Positions 1 to 12,847 of a stretch of DNA of 64,000 nucleotides are shown here, one piece after another. A program made the translations under genes and the position numbers. This DNA is from Auanema rhodensis (taxonomy: Eukaryota; Animalia; Nematoda). Each line of letters opens with the position of its first letter. Within the stretch, counting starts at the first letter, position 1. A model generated the notes under the pieces. That model was not told where the DNA came from, did not search any database, and worked only from the letters and a program-made list of their open reading frames with translations. The stretch spans positions 85,341-149,340 of the forward strand of contig CAXKVF010000091.1 in NCBI GenBank assembly GCA_964057225.1, written 5' to 3'.

Positions 1-64
1 GGTTTTCAAAATTAGATTCCCCATGTCCATATTAGTCTAAAAACAAATTTTTATTGATATTGGT

Positions 65-79
65 TCATGGTAACCATGA
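65..79. other. Dyad TCATGGT-A-ACCATGA (BstEII site GGTNACC at centre), once per monomer; first copy given
   Basis: Perfect 7-bp arms in T65 monomers and 6-bp arms in G65 monomers, read directly. Confidence 0.9.
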
Positions 80-122
80 CTTTGAAATTTACGTGAACTT
101 TAGTTTATGCTAAATAAATATA

Positions 123-162
123 CACGTGATGTGCACTTGGTATGTAACTCGCTTCACGTGAA
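123..162. other. Two CACGTG E-box/G-box hexamers per monomer (123-128; 155-160 inside the 10-bp palindrome TTCACGTGAA 153-162); first copy given, function unknown
   Basis: The motifs are read directly. CACGTG is the canonical bHLH-ZIP site. There is no evidence of binding in the sequence itself. Confidence 0.6.
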
Positions 163-3100
163 AGATAAAGAGATGCGGTTTTCAAAATTTGATTCCCCAT
201 GTCCATATTAGTCTAAAAACAAATTTTTATTGATATTGGTGCATGGTAACCATGACTTTGAAATTTACGTGAACTTTAATTTATGCTAATTAAATGTACA
301 CGTGATGTGCACTTGGTATGTAACTCGCTTCACGTGAAAGATAAAGAGATGCGGTTTTCAAAATTAGATTCCCCATGTCCATATTAGTCTAAAAACAAAT
401 TTTTATTGATATTGGTGCATGGTAACCATGACTTTGAAATTTACGTGAACTTTAATTTATGCTAATTAAATGTACACGTGATGTGCACTTGGTATGTAAC
501 TCGCTTCACGTGAAAGATAAAGAGATGCGGTTTTCAAAATTAGATTCCCCATGTCCATATTAGTCTGAAAACAAATTTTTATTGATATTGGTGCATGGTA
601 ACCATGACTTTGAAATTTACGTGAACTTTAATTTATGCTAATTAAATGTACACGTGATGTGCACTTGGTATGTAACTCGCTTCACATGAAAGATAAAGAG
701 ATGCGGTTTTCAAAATTAGATTTCCCATGTCCATATTAGTCTAAAAACAAATTTTTATTGATATTGGTTCATGGTAACCATGACTTTGAAATTTACGTGA
801 ACTTTAATTTATGCTAATTAAATGTACACGTGATGTGCACTTGGTATGTAACTCGCTTCACGTGAAAGATAAAGAGATGCGGTTTTCAAAATTAGATTCC
901 CCATGTCCATATTAGTCTAAAAACAAATTTTTATTGATATTGGTGCATGGTAACCATGACTTTGAAATTTACGTGAACTTTAATTTATGCTAATTAAATG
1001 TACACGTGATGTGCACTTGGTATGTAACTCGCTTCACGTGAAAGATAAAGAGATGCGGTTTTCAAAATTAGATTCCCCATGTCCATATTAGTCTAAAAAC
1101 AAATTTTTATTGATATTGGTGCATGGTAACCATGACTTTGAAATTTACGTGAACTTTAATTTATGCTAATTAAATGTACACGTGATGTGCACTTGGTATG
1201 TAACTCGCTTCACGTGAAAGATAAAGAGATGCGGTTTTCAAAATTAGATTCCCCATGTCCATATTAGTCTAAAAACAAATTTTTATTGATATTGCTTCAT
1301 GGTAACCATGACTTTGAAATTTACGTGAACTTTAATTTATGCTAATTAAATGTACACGTGATGTGCACTTGGTATGTAACTCGCTTCACGTGAAAGATAA
1401 AGAGATGCGGTTTTCAAAATTAGATTCCCCATGTCCATATTAGTCTAAAAACAAATTTTTATTGATATTGGTTCATGGTAACCATGACTTTGAAATTTAC
1501 GTGAACTTTAGTTTATGCTAATTAAATGTACACGTGATGTGCACTTGGTATGTAACTCGCTTCACGTGAAAGATAAAGAGATGCGGTTTTCAAAATTAGA
1601 TTCCCCATGTCCATATTAGTCTAAAAACAAATTTTTATTGATATTGGTGCATGGTAACCATGACTTTGAAATTTACGTGAACTTTAATTTATGCTAATTA
1701 AATGTACACGTGATGTGCACTTGGTATGTAACTCGCTTCACGTGAAAGATAAAGAGATGCGGTTTTCAAAATTAGATTCCCCATGTCCATATTAGTCTAA
1801 AAACAAATTTTTATTGATATTGGTGCATGGTAACCATGACTTTGAATTTTACGTGAACTTTAATTTATGCTAATTAAATGTACACGTGATGTGCACTTGG
1901 TATGTAACTCGCTTCACGTGAAAGATAAAGAGATGCGGTTTTCAAAATTAGATTCCCCATGTCCATATTAGTCTAAAAACAAATTTTTATTGATATTGGT
2001 TCATGGTAACCATGACTTTGAAATTTACGTGAACTTTAATTTATGCTAATTAAATGTACACGTGATGTGCACTTGGTATGTAACTCGCTTCACGTGAAAG
2101 ATAAAGAGATGCGGTTTTCAAAATTAGATTCTTCATGTCCATATTAGTCTAAAAACAAATTTTTATTGATATTGGTGCATGGTAACCATGACTTTGAATT
2201 TTACGTGAACTTTAATTTATGCTAATTAAATGTACACGTGATGTGCACTTGGTATGTAACTCGCTTCACGTGAAAGATAAAGAGATGCGGTTTTCAAAAT
2301 TAGATTCCCCATGTCCATATTAGTCTAAAAACAAATTTTTATTGATATTGGTTCATGGTAACCATGACTTTGAAATTTACGTGAACTTTAGTTTATGCTA
2401 AATAAATGTACACGTGATGTGCACTTGGTATGTAACTCGCTTCACGTGAAAGATAAAGAGATGCGGTTTTCAAAATTTGATTCCCCATGTCCATATTAGT
2501 CTAAAAACAAATTTTTATTGATATTGGTGCATGGTAACCATGACTTTGAAATTTACGTGAACTTTAATTTATGCTAATTAAATGTACACGTGATGTGCAC
2601 TTGGTATGTAACTCGCTTCACGTGAAAGATAAAGAGATGCGGTTTTCAAAATTAGATTCCCCATGTCCATATTAGTCTAAAAACAAATTTTTATTGATAT
2701 TGGTGCATGGTAACCATGACTTTGAAATTTACGTGAACTTTAATTTATGCTAATTAAATGTACACGTGATGTGCACTTGGTATGTAACTCGCTTCACGTG
2801 AAAGATAAAGAGATGCGGTTTTCAAAATTAGATTCCCCATGTCCATATTAGTCTGAAAACAAATTTTTATTGATATTGGTGCATGGTAACCATGACTTTG
2901 AAATTTACGTGAACTTTAATTTATGCTAATTAAATGTACACGTGATGTGCACTTGGTATGTAACTCGCTTCACATGAAAGATAAAGAGATGCGGTTTTCA
3001 AAATTAGATTTCCCATGTCCATATTAGTCTAAAAACAAATTTTTATTGATATTGGTTCATGGTAACCATGACTTTGAAATTTACGTGAACTTTAATTTAT

Positions 3101-6100
3101 GCTAATTAAATGTACACGTGATGTGCACTTGGTATGTAACTCGCTTCACGTGAAAGATAAAGAGATGCGGTTTTCAAAATTAGATTCCCCATGTCCATAT
3201 TAGTCTAAAAACAAATTTTTATTGATATTGGTGCATGGTAACCATGACTTTGAAATTTACGTGAACTTTAATTTATGCTAATTAAATGTACACGTGATGT
3301 GCACTTGGTATGTAACTCGCTTCACGTGAAAGATAAAGAGATGCGGTTTTCAAAATTAGATTCCCCATGTCCATATTAGTCTAAAAACAAATTTTTATTG
3401 ATATTGGTGCATGGTAACCATGACTTTGAAATTTACGTGAACTTTAATTTATGCTAATTAAATGTACACGTGATGTGCACTTGGTATGTAACTCGCTTCA
3501 CGTGAAAGATAAAGAGATGCGGTTTTCAAAATTAGATTCCCCATGTCCATATTAGTCTAAAAACAAATTTTTATTGATATTGCTTCATGGTAACCATGAC
3601 TTTGAAATTTACGTGAACTTTAATTTATGCTAATTAAATGTACACGTGATGTGCACTTGGTATGTAACTCGCTTCACGTGAAAGATAAAGAGATGCGGTT
3701 TTCAAAATTAGATTCCCCATGTCCATATTAGTCTAAAAACAAATTTTTATTGATATTGGTTCATGGTAACCATGACTTTGAAATTTACGTGAACTTTAGT
3801 TTATGCTAAATAAATGTACACGTGATGTGCACTTGGTATGTAACTCGCTTCACGTGAAAGATAAAGAGATGCGGTTTTCAAAATTTGATTCCCCATGTCC
3901 ATATTAGTCTAAAAACAAATTTTTATTGATATTGGTGCATGGTAACCATGACTTTGAAATTTACGTGAACTTTAATTTATGCTAATTAAATGTACACGTG
4001 ATGTGCACTTGGTATGTAACTCGCTTCACGTGAAAGATAAAGAGATGCGGTTTTCAAAATTAGATTCCCCATGTCCATATTAGTCTAAAAACAAATTTTT
4101 ATTGATATTGGTGCATGGTAACCATGACTTTGAAATTTACGTGAACTTTAATTTATGCTAATTAAATGTACACGTGATGTGCACTTGGTATGTAACTCGC
4201 TTCACGTGAAAGATAAAGAGATGCGGTTTTCAAAATTAGATTCCCCATGTCCATATTAGTCTGAAAACAAATTTTTATTGATATTGGTGCATGGTAACCA
4301 TGACTTTGAAATTTACGTGAACTTTAATTTATGCTAATTAAATGTACACGTGATGTGCACTTGGTATGTAACTCGCTTCACATGAAAGATAAAGAGATGC
4401 GGTTTTCAAAATTAGATTTCCCATGTCCATATTAGTCTAAAAACAAATTTTTATTGATATTGGTTCATGGTAACCATGACTTTGAAATTTACGTGAACTT
4501 TAATTTATGCTAATTAAATGTACACGTGATGTGCACTTGGTATGTAACTCGCTTCACGTGAAAGATAAAGAGATGCGGTTTTCAAAATTAGATTCCCCAT
4601 GTCCATATTAGTCTAAAAACAAATTTTTATTGATATTGGTGCATGGTAACCATGACTTTGAAATTTACGTGAACTTTAATTTATGCTAATTAAATGTACA
4701 CGTGATGTGCACTTGGTATGTAACTCGCTTCACGTGAAAGATAAAGAGATGCGGTTTTCAAAATTAGATTCCCCATGTCCATATTAGTCTAAAAACAAAT
4801 TTTTATTGATATTGGTGCATGGTAACCATGACTTTGAAATTTACGTGAACTTTAATTTATGCTAATTAAATGTACACGTGATGTGCACTTGGTATGTAAC
4901 TCGCTTCACGTGAAAGATAAAGAGATGCGGTTTTCAAAATTAGATTCCCCATGTCCATATTAGTCTAAAAACAAATTTTTATTGATATTGCTTCATGGTA
5001 ACCATGACTTTGAAATTTACGTGAACTTTAATTTATGCTAATTAAATGTACACGTGATGTGCACTTGGTATGTAACTCGCTTCACGTGAAAGATAAAGAG
5101 ATGCGGTTTTCAAAATTAGATTCCCCATGTCCATATTAGTCTAAAAACAAATTTTTATTGATATTGGTTCATGGTAACCATGACTTTGAAATTTACGTGA
5201 ACTTTAGTTTATGCTAATTAAATGTACACGTGATGTGCACTTGGTATGTAACTCGCTTCACGTGAAAGATAAAGAGATGCGGTTTTCAAAATTAGATTCC
5301 CCATGTCCATATTAGTCTAAAAACAAATTTTTATTGATATTGGTGCATGGTAACCATGACTTTGAAATTTACGTGAACTTTAATTTATGCTAATTAAATG
5401 TACACGTGATGTGCACTTGGTATGTAACTCGCTTCACGTGAAAGATAAAGAGATGCGGTTTTCAAAATTAGATTCCCCATGTCCATATTAGTCTAAAAAC
5501 AAATTTTTATTGATATTGGTGCATGGTAACCATGACTTTGAATTTTACGTGAACTTTAATTTATGCTAATTAAATGTACACGTGATGTGCACTTGGTATG
5601 TAACTCGCTTCACGTGAAAGATAAAGAGATGCGGTTTTCAAAATTAGATTCCCCATGTCCATATTAGTCTAAAAACAAATTTTTATTGATATTGGTTCAT
5701 GGTAACCATGACTTTGAAATTTACGTGAACTTTAATTTATGCTAATTAAATGTACACGTGATGTGCACTTGGTATGTAACTCGCTTCACGTGAAAGATAA
5801 AGAGATGCGGTTTTCAAAATTAGATTCTTCATGTCCATATTAGTCTAAAAACAAATTTTTATTGATATTGGTGCATGGTAACCATGACTTTGAATTTTAC
5901 GTGAACTTTAATTTATGCTAATTAAATGTACACGTGATGTGCACTTGGTATGTAACTCGCTTCACGTGAAAGATAAAGAGATGCGGTTTTCAAAATTAGA
6001 TTCCCCATGTCCATATTAGTCTAAAAACAAATTTTTATTGATATTGGTTCATGGTAACCATGACTTTGAAATTTACGTGAACTTTAGTTTATGCTAAATA

Positions 6101-8096
6101 AATGTACACGTGATGTGCACTTGGTATGTAACTCGCTTCACGTGAAAGATAAAGAGATGCGGTTTTCAAAATTTGATTCCCCATGTCCATATTAGTCTAA
6201 AAACAAATTTTTATTGATATTGGTGCATGGTAACCATGACTTTGAAATTTACGTGAACTTTAATTTATGCTAATTAAATGTACACGTGATGTGCACTTGG
6301 TATGTAACTCGCTTCACGTGAAAGATAAAGAGATGCGGTTTTCAAAATTAGATTCCCCATGTCCATATTAGTCTAAAAACAAATTTTTATTGATATTGGT
6401 GCATGGTAACCATGACTTTGAAATTTACGTGAACTTTAATTTATGCTAATTAAATGTACACGTGATGTGCACTTGGTATGTAACTCGCTTCACGTGAAAG
6501 ATAAAGAGATGCGGTTTTCAAAATTAGATTCCCCATGTCCATATTAGTCTGAAAACAAATTTTTATTGATATTGGTGCATGGTAACCATGACTTTGAAAT
6601 TTACGTGAACTTTAATTTATGCTAATTAAATGTACACGTGATGTGCACTTGGTATGTAACTCGCTTCACATGAAAGATAAAGAGATGCGGTTTTCAAAAT
6701 TAGATTTCCCATGTCCATATTAGTCTAAAAACAAATTTTTATTGATATTGGTTCATGGTAACCATGACTTTGAAATTTACGTGAACTTTAATTTATGCTA
6801 ATTAAATGTACACGTGATGTGCACTTGGTATGTAACTCGCTTCACGTGAAAGATAAAGAGATGCGGTTTTCAAAATTAGATTCCCCATGTCCATATTAGT
6901 CTAAAAACAAATTTTTATTGATATTGGTGCATGGTAACCATGACTTTGAAATTTACGTGAACTTTAATTTATGCTAATTAAATGTACACGTGATGTGCAC
7001 TTGGTATGTAACTCGCTTCACGTGAAAGATAAAGAGATGCGGTTTTCAAAATTAGATTCCCCATGTCCATATTAGTCTAAAAACAAATTTTTATTGATAT
7101 TGGTTCATGGTAACCATGACTTTGAAATTTACGTGAACTTTAGTTTATGCTAATTAAATGTACACGTGATGTGCACTTGGTATGTAACTCGCTTCACGTG
7201 AAAGATAAAGAGATGCGGTTTTCAAAATTAGATTCCCCATGTCCATATTAGTCTAAAAACAAATTTTTATTGATATTGGTGCATGGTAACCATGACTTTG
7301 AAATTTACGTGAACTTTAATTTATGCTAATTAAATGTACACGTGATGTGCACTTGGTATGTAACTCGCTTCACGTGAAAGATAAAGAGATGCGGTTTTCA
7401 AAATTAGATTCCCCATGTCCATATTAGTCTAAAAACAAATTTTTATTGATATTGGTGCATGGTAACCATGACTTTGAATTTTACGTGAACTTTAATTTAT
7501 GCTAATTAAATGTACACGTGATGTGCACTTGGTATGTAACTCGCTTCACGTGAAAGATAAAGAGATGCGGTTTTCAAAATTAGATTCCCCATGTCCATAT
7601 TAGTCTAAAAACAAATTTTTATTGATATTGGTTCATGGTAACCATGACTTTGAAATTTACGTGAACTTTAGTTTATGCTAAATAAATGTACACGTGATGT
7701 GCACTTGGTATGTAACTCGCTTCACGTGAAAGATAAAGAGATGCGGTTTTCAAAATTTGATTCCCCATGTCCATATTAGTCTAAAAACAAATTTTTATTG
7801 ATATTGGTGCATGGTAACCATGACTTTGAAATTTACGTGAACTTTAATTTATGCTAATTAAATGTACACGTGATGTGCACTTGGTATGTAACTCGCTTCA
7901 CGTGAAAGATAAAGAGATGCGGTTTTCAAAATTAGATTCCCCATGTCCATATTAGTCTAAAAACAAATTTTTATTGATATTGGTGCATGGTAACCATGAC
8001 TTTGAAATTTACGTGAACTTTAATTTATGCTAATTAAATGTACACGTGATGTGCACTTGGTATGTAACTCGCTTCACGTGAAAGATAAAGAGATGC

Positions 8097-9503
8097 GGTT
8101 TTCAAAATTAGATTCCCCATGTCCATATTAGTCTGAAAACAAATTTTTATTGATATTGGTGCATGGTAACCATGACTTTGAAATTTACGTGAACTTTAAT
8201 TTATGCTAATTAAATGTACACGTGATGTGCACTTGGTATGTAACTCGCTTCACATGAAAGATAAAGAGATGCGGTTTTCAAAATTAGATTCCCCTTGTCC
8301 ATATTAGTCTAAAAACAAATTTTTATTGATATTGGTGCATGGTAACCATGACTTTGAATTTTACGTGAACTTTAATTTATGCTAATTAAATGTACACGTG
8401 ATGTGCACTTGGTATGTAACTCGCTTCACGTGAAAGATAAAGAGATGCGGTTTTCAAAATTAGATTCCCCATGTCCATATTAGTCTAAAAACAAATTTTT
8501 ATTGATATTGGTGCATGGTAACCATGACTTTGAGATTTACATGAACTTTAATTTATGCTAATTAAATGTACACGTGATGTGCACTTGGTATGTAACTCGC
8601 TTCACATGAAAGATAAAGAGATGCGGTTTTCAAAATTAGATTCCCCTTGTCCATATTAGTCTAAAAACAAATTTTTATTGATATTGGTGCATGGTAACCA
8701 TGACTTTGAATTTTACGTGAACTTTAATTTATGCTAATTAAATGTACACGTGATGTGCACTTGTAATGTAACTCGCTTCACGTGAAAGATAAAGAGATGC
8801 GGTTTTCAAAATTAGATTCCCCATGTCCATATTAGTCTAAAAACAAATTTTTATTGATATTGGTGCATGGTAACCATGACTTTGAAATTTACATGAACTT
8901 TAATTTATGCTAATTAAATGTACACGTGATGTGCACTTGGTATGTAACTCGCTTCACATGAAAGATAAAGAGATGCGGTTTTCAAAATTAGATTCCCCTT
9001 GTCCATATTAGTCTAAAAACAAATTTTTATTGATATTGGTGCATGGTAACCATGACTTTGAATTTTACGTGAACTTTAATTTATGCTAATTAAATGTACA
9101 CGTGATGTGCACTTGTAATGTAACTCGCTTCACGTGAAAGATAAAGAGATGCGGTTTTCAAAATTAGATTCCCCATGTCCATATTAGTCTAAAAACAAAT
9201 TTTTATTGATATTGGTTCATGGTAACCATGACTTTGAAATTTACGTGAACTTTAATTTATGCTAATTAAATGTACACGTGATGTGCACTTGGTATGTAAC
9301 TCGCTTCACATGAAAGATAAAGAGATGCGGTTTTCAAAATTAGATTCCCCTTGTCCATATTAGTCTAAAAACAAATTTTTATTGATATTGGTGCATGGTA
9401 ACCATGACTTTGAATTTTACGTGAACTTTAATTTATGCTAATTAATGTACACGTGATGTGCACTTGTAATGTAACTCGCTTCACGTGAAAGATAAAGAGA
9501 TGC
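8097..9503 (+). repeat. Dimeric HOR (352 bp x4)
   Basis: G158A monomers (8097, 8449, 8801, 9153) alternate with A23T+A87T monomers (8273, 8625, 8977, 9329). The last three of the latter also carry GT140-141TA. Confidence 0.85.
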
Positions 9504-10735
9504 GGTTTTCAAAATTAGATTTCCCATGTCCATATTAGTCTAAAAACAAATTTTTATTGATATTGGTTCATGGTAACCATGACTTTGAAATTTACGTGAA
9601 CTTTAATTTATGCTAATTAAATGTACACGTGATGTGCACTTGGTATGTAACTCGCTTCACGTGAAAGATAAAGAGATGCGGTTTTCAAAATTAGATTCCC
9701 CATGTCCATATTAGTCTAAAAACAAATTTTTATCGATATTGGTGCATGGTAACCATGACTTTGAAATTTACGTGAACTTTAATTTATGCTAATTAAATGT
9801 ACACGTGATGTGCACTTGGTATGTAACTCGCTTCACGTGAAAGATAAAGAGATGCGGTTTTCAAAATTAGATTCCCCATGTCCATATTAGTCTAAAAACA
9901 AATTTTTATTGATATTGGTGCATGGTAACCATGACTTTGAAATTTACGTGAACTTTAATTTATGCTAATTAAATGTACACGTGATGTGCACTTGGTATGT
10001 AACTCGCTTCACGTGAAAGATAAAGAGATGCGGTTTTCAAAATTAGATTCCCCATGTCCATATTAGTCTAAAAACAAATTTTTATTGATATTGGTGCATG
10101 GTAACCATGACTTTGAAATTTACGTGAACTTTAATTTATGCTAATTAAATGTACACGTGATGTGCACTTGGTATGTAACTCGCTTCACGTGAAAGATAAA
10201 GAGATGCGGTTTTCAAAATTAGATTCCCCATGTCCATATTAGTCTAAAAACAAATTTTTATTGATATTGGTGCATGGTAACCATGACTTTGAATTTTACG
10301 TGAACTTTAATTTATGCTAATTAAATGTACACGTGATGTGCACTTGTAATGTAACTCGCTTCACGTGAAAGATAAAGAGATGCGGTTTTCAAAATTAGAT
10401 TTCCCATGTCCATATTAGTCTAAAAACAAATTTTTATTGATATTGGTTCATGGTAACCATGACTTTGAAATTTACGTGAACTTTAATTTATGCTAATTAA
10501 ATGTACACGTGATGTGCACTTGGTATGTAACTCGCTTCACGTGAAAGATAAAGAGATGCGGTTTTCAAAATTAGATTCCCCATGTCCATATTAGTCTAAA
10601 AACAAATTTTTATCGATATTGGTGCATGGTAACCATGACTTTGAAATTTACGTGAACTTTAATTTATGCTAATTAAATGTACACGTGATGTGCACTTGGT
10701 ATGTAACTCGCTTCACGTGAAAGATAAAGAGATGC
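9329..10735 (+). repeat. 5-mer-spaced (880 bp) duplication
   Basis: The TATCGAT variant at 9734 and 10614 is each time preceded by a C19T monomer and a GT140-141TA+A87T monomer. Confidence 0.8.
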
Positions 10736-12847
10736 GGTTTTCAAAATTAGATTCCCCATGTCCATATTAGTCTAAAAACAAATTTTTATTGATATTGGTT
10801 CATGGTAACCATGACTTTGAAATTTACGTGAACTTTAATTTATGCTAATTAAATGTACACGTGATGTGCACTTGGTATGTAACTCGCTTCACGTGAAAGA
10901 TAAAGAGATGCGGTTTTCAAAATTAGATTCCCCATGTCCATATTAGTCTAAAAACAAATTTTTATTGATATTGGTGCATGGTAACCATGACTTTGAATTT
11001 TACGTGAACTTTAATTTATGCTAATTAAATGTACACGTGATGTGCACTTGGTATGTAACTCGCTTCACGTGAAAGATAAAGAGATGCGGTTTTCAAAATT
11101 AGATTCCCCATGTCCATATTAGTCTAAAAACAAATTTTTATTGATATTGGTTCATGGTAACCATGACTTTGAAATTTACGTGAACTTTAATTTATGCTAA
11201 TTAAATGTACACGTGATGTGCACTTGGTATGTAACTCGCTTCACGTGAAAGATAAAGAGAAGCGGTTTTCAAAATTAGATTCCCCATGTCCATATTAGTC
11301 TAAAAACAAATTTTTATTGATATTGCTTCATGGTAACCATGACTTTGAAATTTACGTGAACTTTAATTTATGCTAATTAAATGTACACGTGATGTGCACT
11401 TGGTATGTAACTCGCTTCACGTGAAAGATAAAGAGATGCGGTTTTCAAAATTAGATTCCCCATGTCCATATTAGTCTAAAAACAAATTTTTATTGATATT
11501 GGTTCATGGTAACCATGACTTTGAAATTTACGTGAACTTTAATTTATGCTAATTAAATGTACACGTGTTGTGCACTTGGTATGTAACTCGCTTCACGTGA
11601 AAGATAAAGAGATGCGGTTTTCAAAATTAGATTCCCCATGTCCATATTAGTCTAAAAACAAATTTTTATTGATATTGGTGCATGGTAACCATGACTTTGA
11701 AATTTACGTGAACTTTAATTTATGCTAATTAAATGTACACGTGATGTGCACTTGGTATGTAACTCGCTTCACGTGAAAGATAAAGAGATGCGGTTTTCAA
11801 AATTAGATTCCCCATGTCCATATTAGTCTAAAAACAAATTTTTATTGATATTGGTTCATGGTAACCATGACTTTGAAATTTACGTGAACTTTAATTTATG
11901 CTAATTAAATGTACACGTGATGTGCACTTGGTATGTAACTCGCTTCACGTGAAAGATAAAGAGATGCGGTTTTCAAAATTAGATTCCCCATGTCCATATT
12001 AGTCTAAAAACAAATTTTTATTGATATTGGTGCATGGTAACCATGACTTTGAAATTTACGTGAACTTTAATTTATGCTAATTAAATGTACACGTGATGTG
12101 CACTTGGTATGTAACTCGCTTCACGTGAAAGATAAAGAGATGCGGTTTTCAAAATTAGATTCCCCATGTCCATATTAGTCTAAAAACAAATTTTTATTTA
12201 TATTGGTGCATGGTAACCATGACTTTGAAATTTACGTGAACTTTAATTTATGCTAATTAAATGTACACGTGATGTGCACTTGGTATGTAACTCGCTTCAC
12301 GTGAAAGATAAAGAGATGCGGTTTTCAAAATTAGATTCCCCATGTCCATATTAGTCTAAAAACAAATTTTTATTGATATTGGTGCATGGTAACCATGACT
12401 TTGAATTTTACGTGAACTTTAATTTATGCTAATTAAATGTACACGTGATGTGCACTTGGTATGTAACTCGCTTCACGTGAAAGATAAAGAGATGCGGTTT
12501 TCAAAATTAGATTCCCCATGTCCATATTAGTCTAAAAACAAATTTTTATTGATATTGGTGCATGGTAACCATGACTTTGAAATTTACGTGAACTTTAATT
12601 TATGCTAATTAAATGTACACGTGATGTGCACTTGGTATGTAACTCGCTTCACGTGAAAGATAAAGAGATGCGGTTTTCAAAATTAGATTCCCCATGTCAA
12701 TATTAGTCTAAAAACAATTTTTTATTGATATTGGTTCATGGTAACCATGACTTTGAAATTTACGTGAACTTTAATTTATGCTAATTAAATGTACACGTGA
12801 TGTGCACTTGGTATGTAACTCGCTTCACGTGAAAGATAAAGAGATGC

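Larger units (their letters stand above)
1..8272 (+). repeat. HOR block A: 13-mer (2288 bp) and deletion derivatives: 13-mer 1-2288, 8-mer 2289-3696, 13-mer 3697-5984, 9-mer 5985-7568, partial 7569-8272
   Basis: Ordered linked variants recur. T114A+A103G monomers start at 1, 2289, 3697, 5985, 7569, each followed by an A14T monomer. A39G+G158A monomers are at 529, 2817, 4225, 6513, 8097. CC20-21TT+A87T monomers are at 2113 and 5809. Confidence 0.9.

Noticed and set aside
1-176. Assignment to alpha satellite, CEN178 or Brassica CentBr, or a CENP-B box
   Set aside because: Only the length is similar. I see no sequence resemblance and no NTTCGNNNNANNCGGGN motif.
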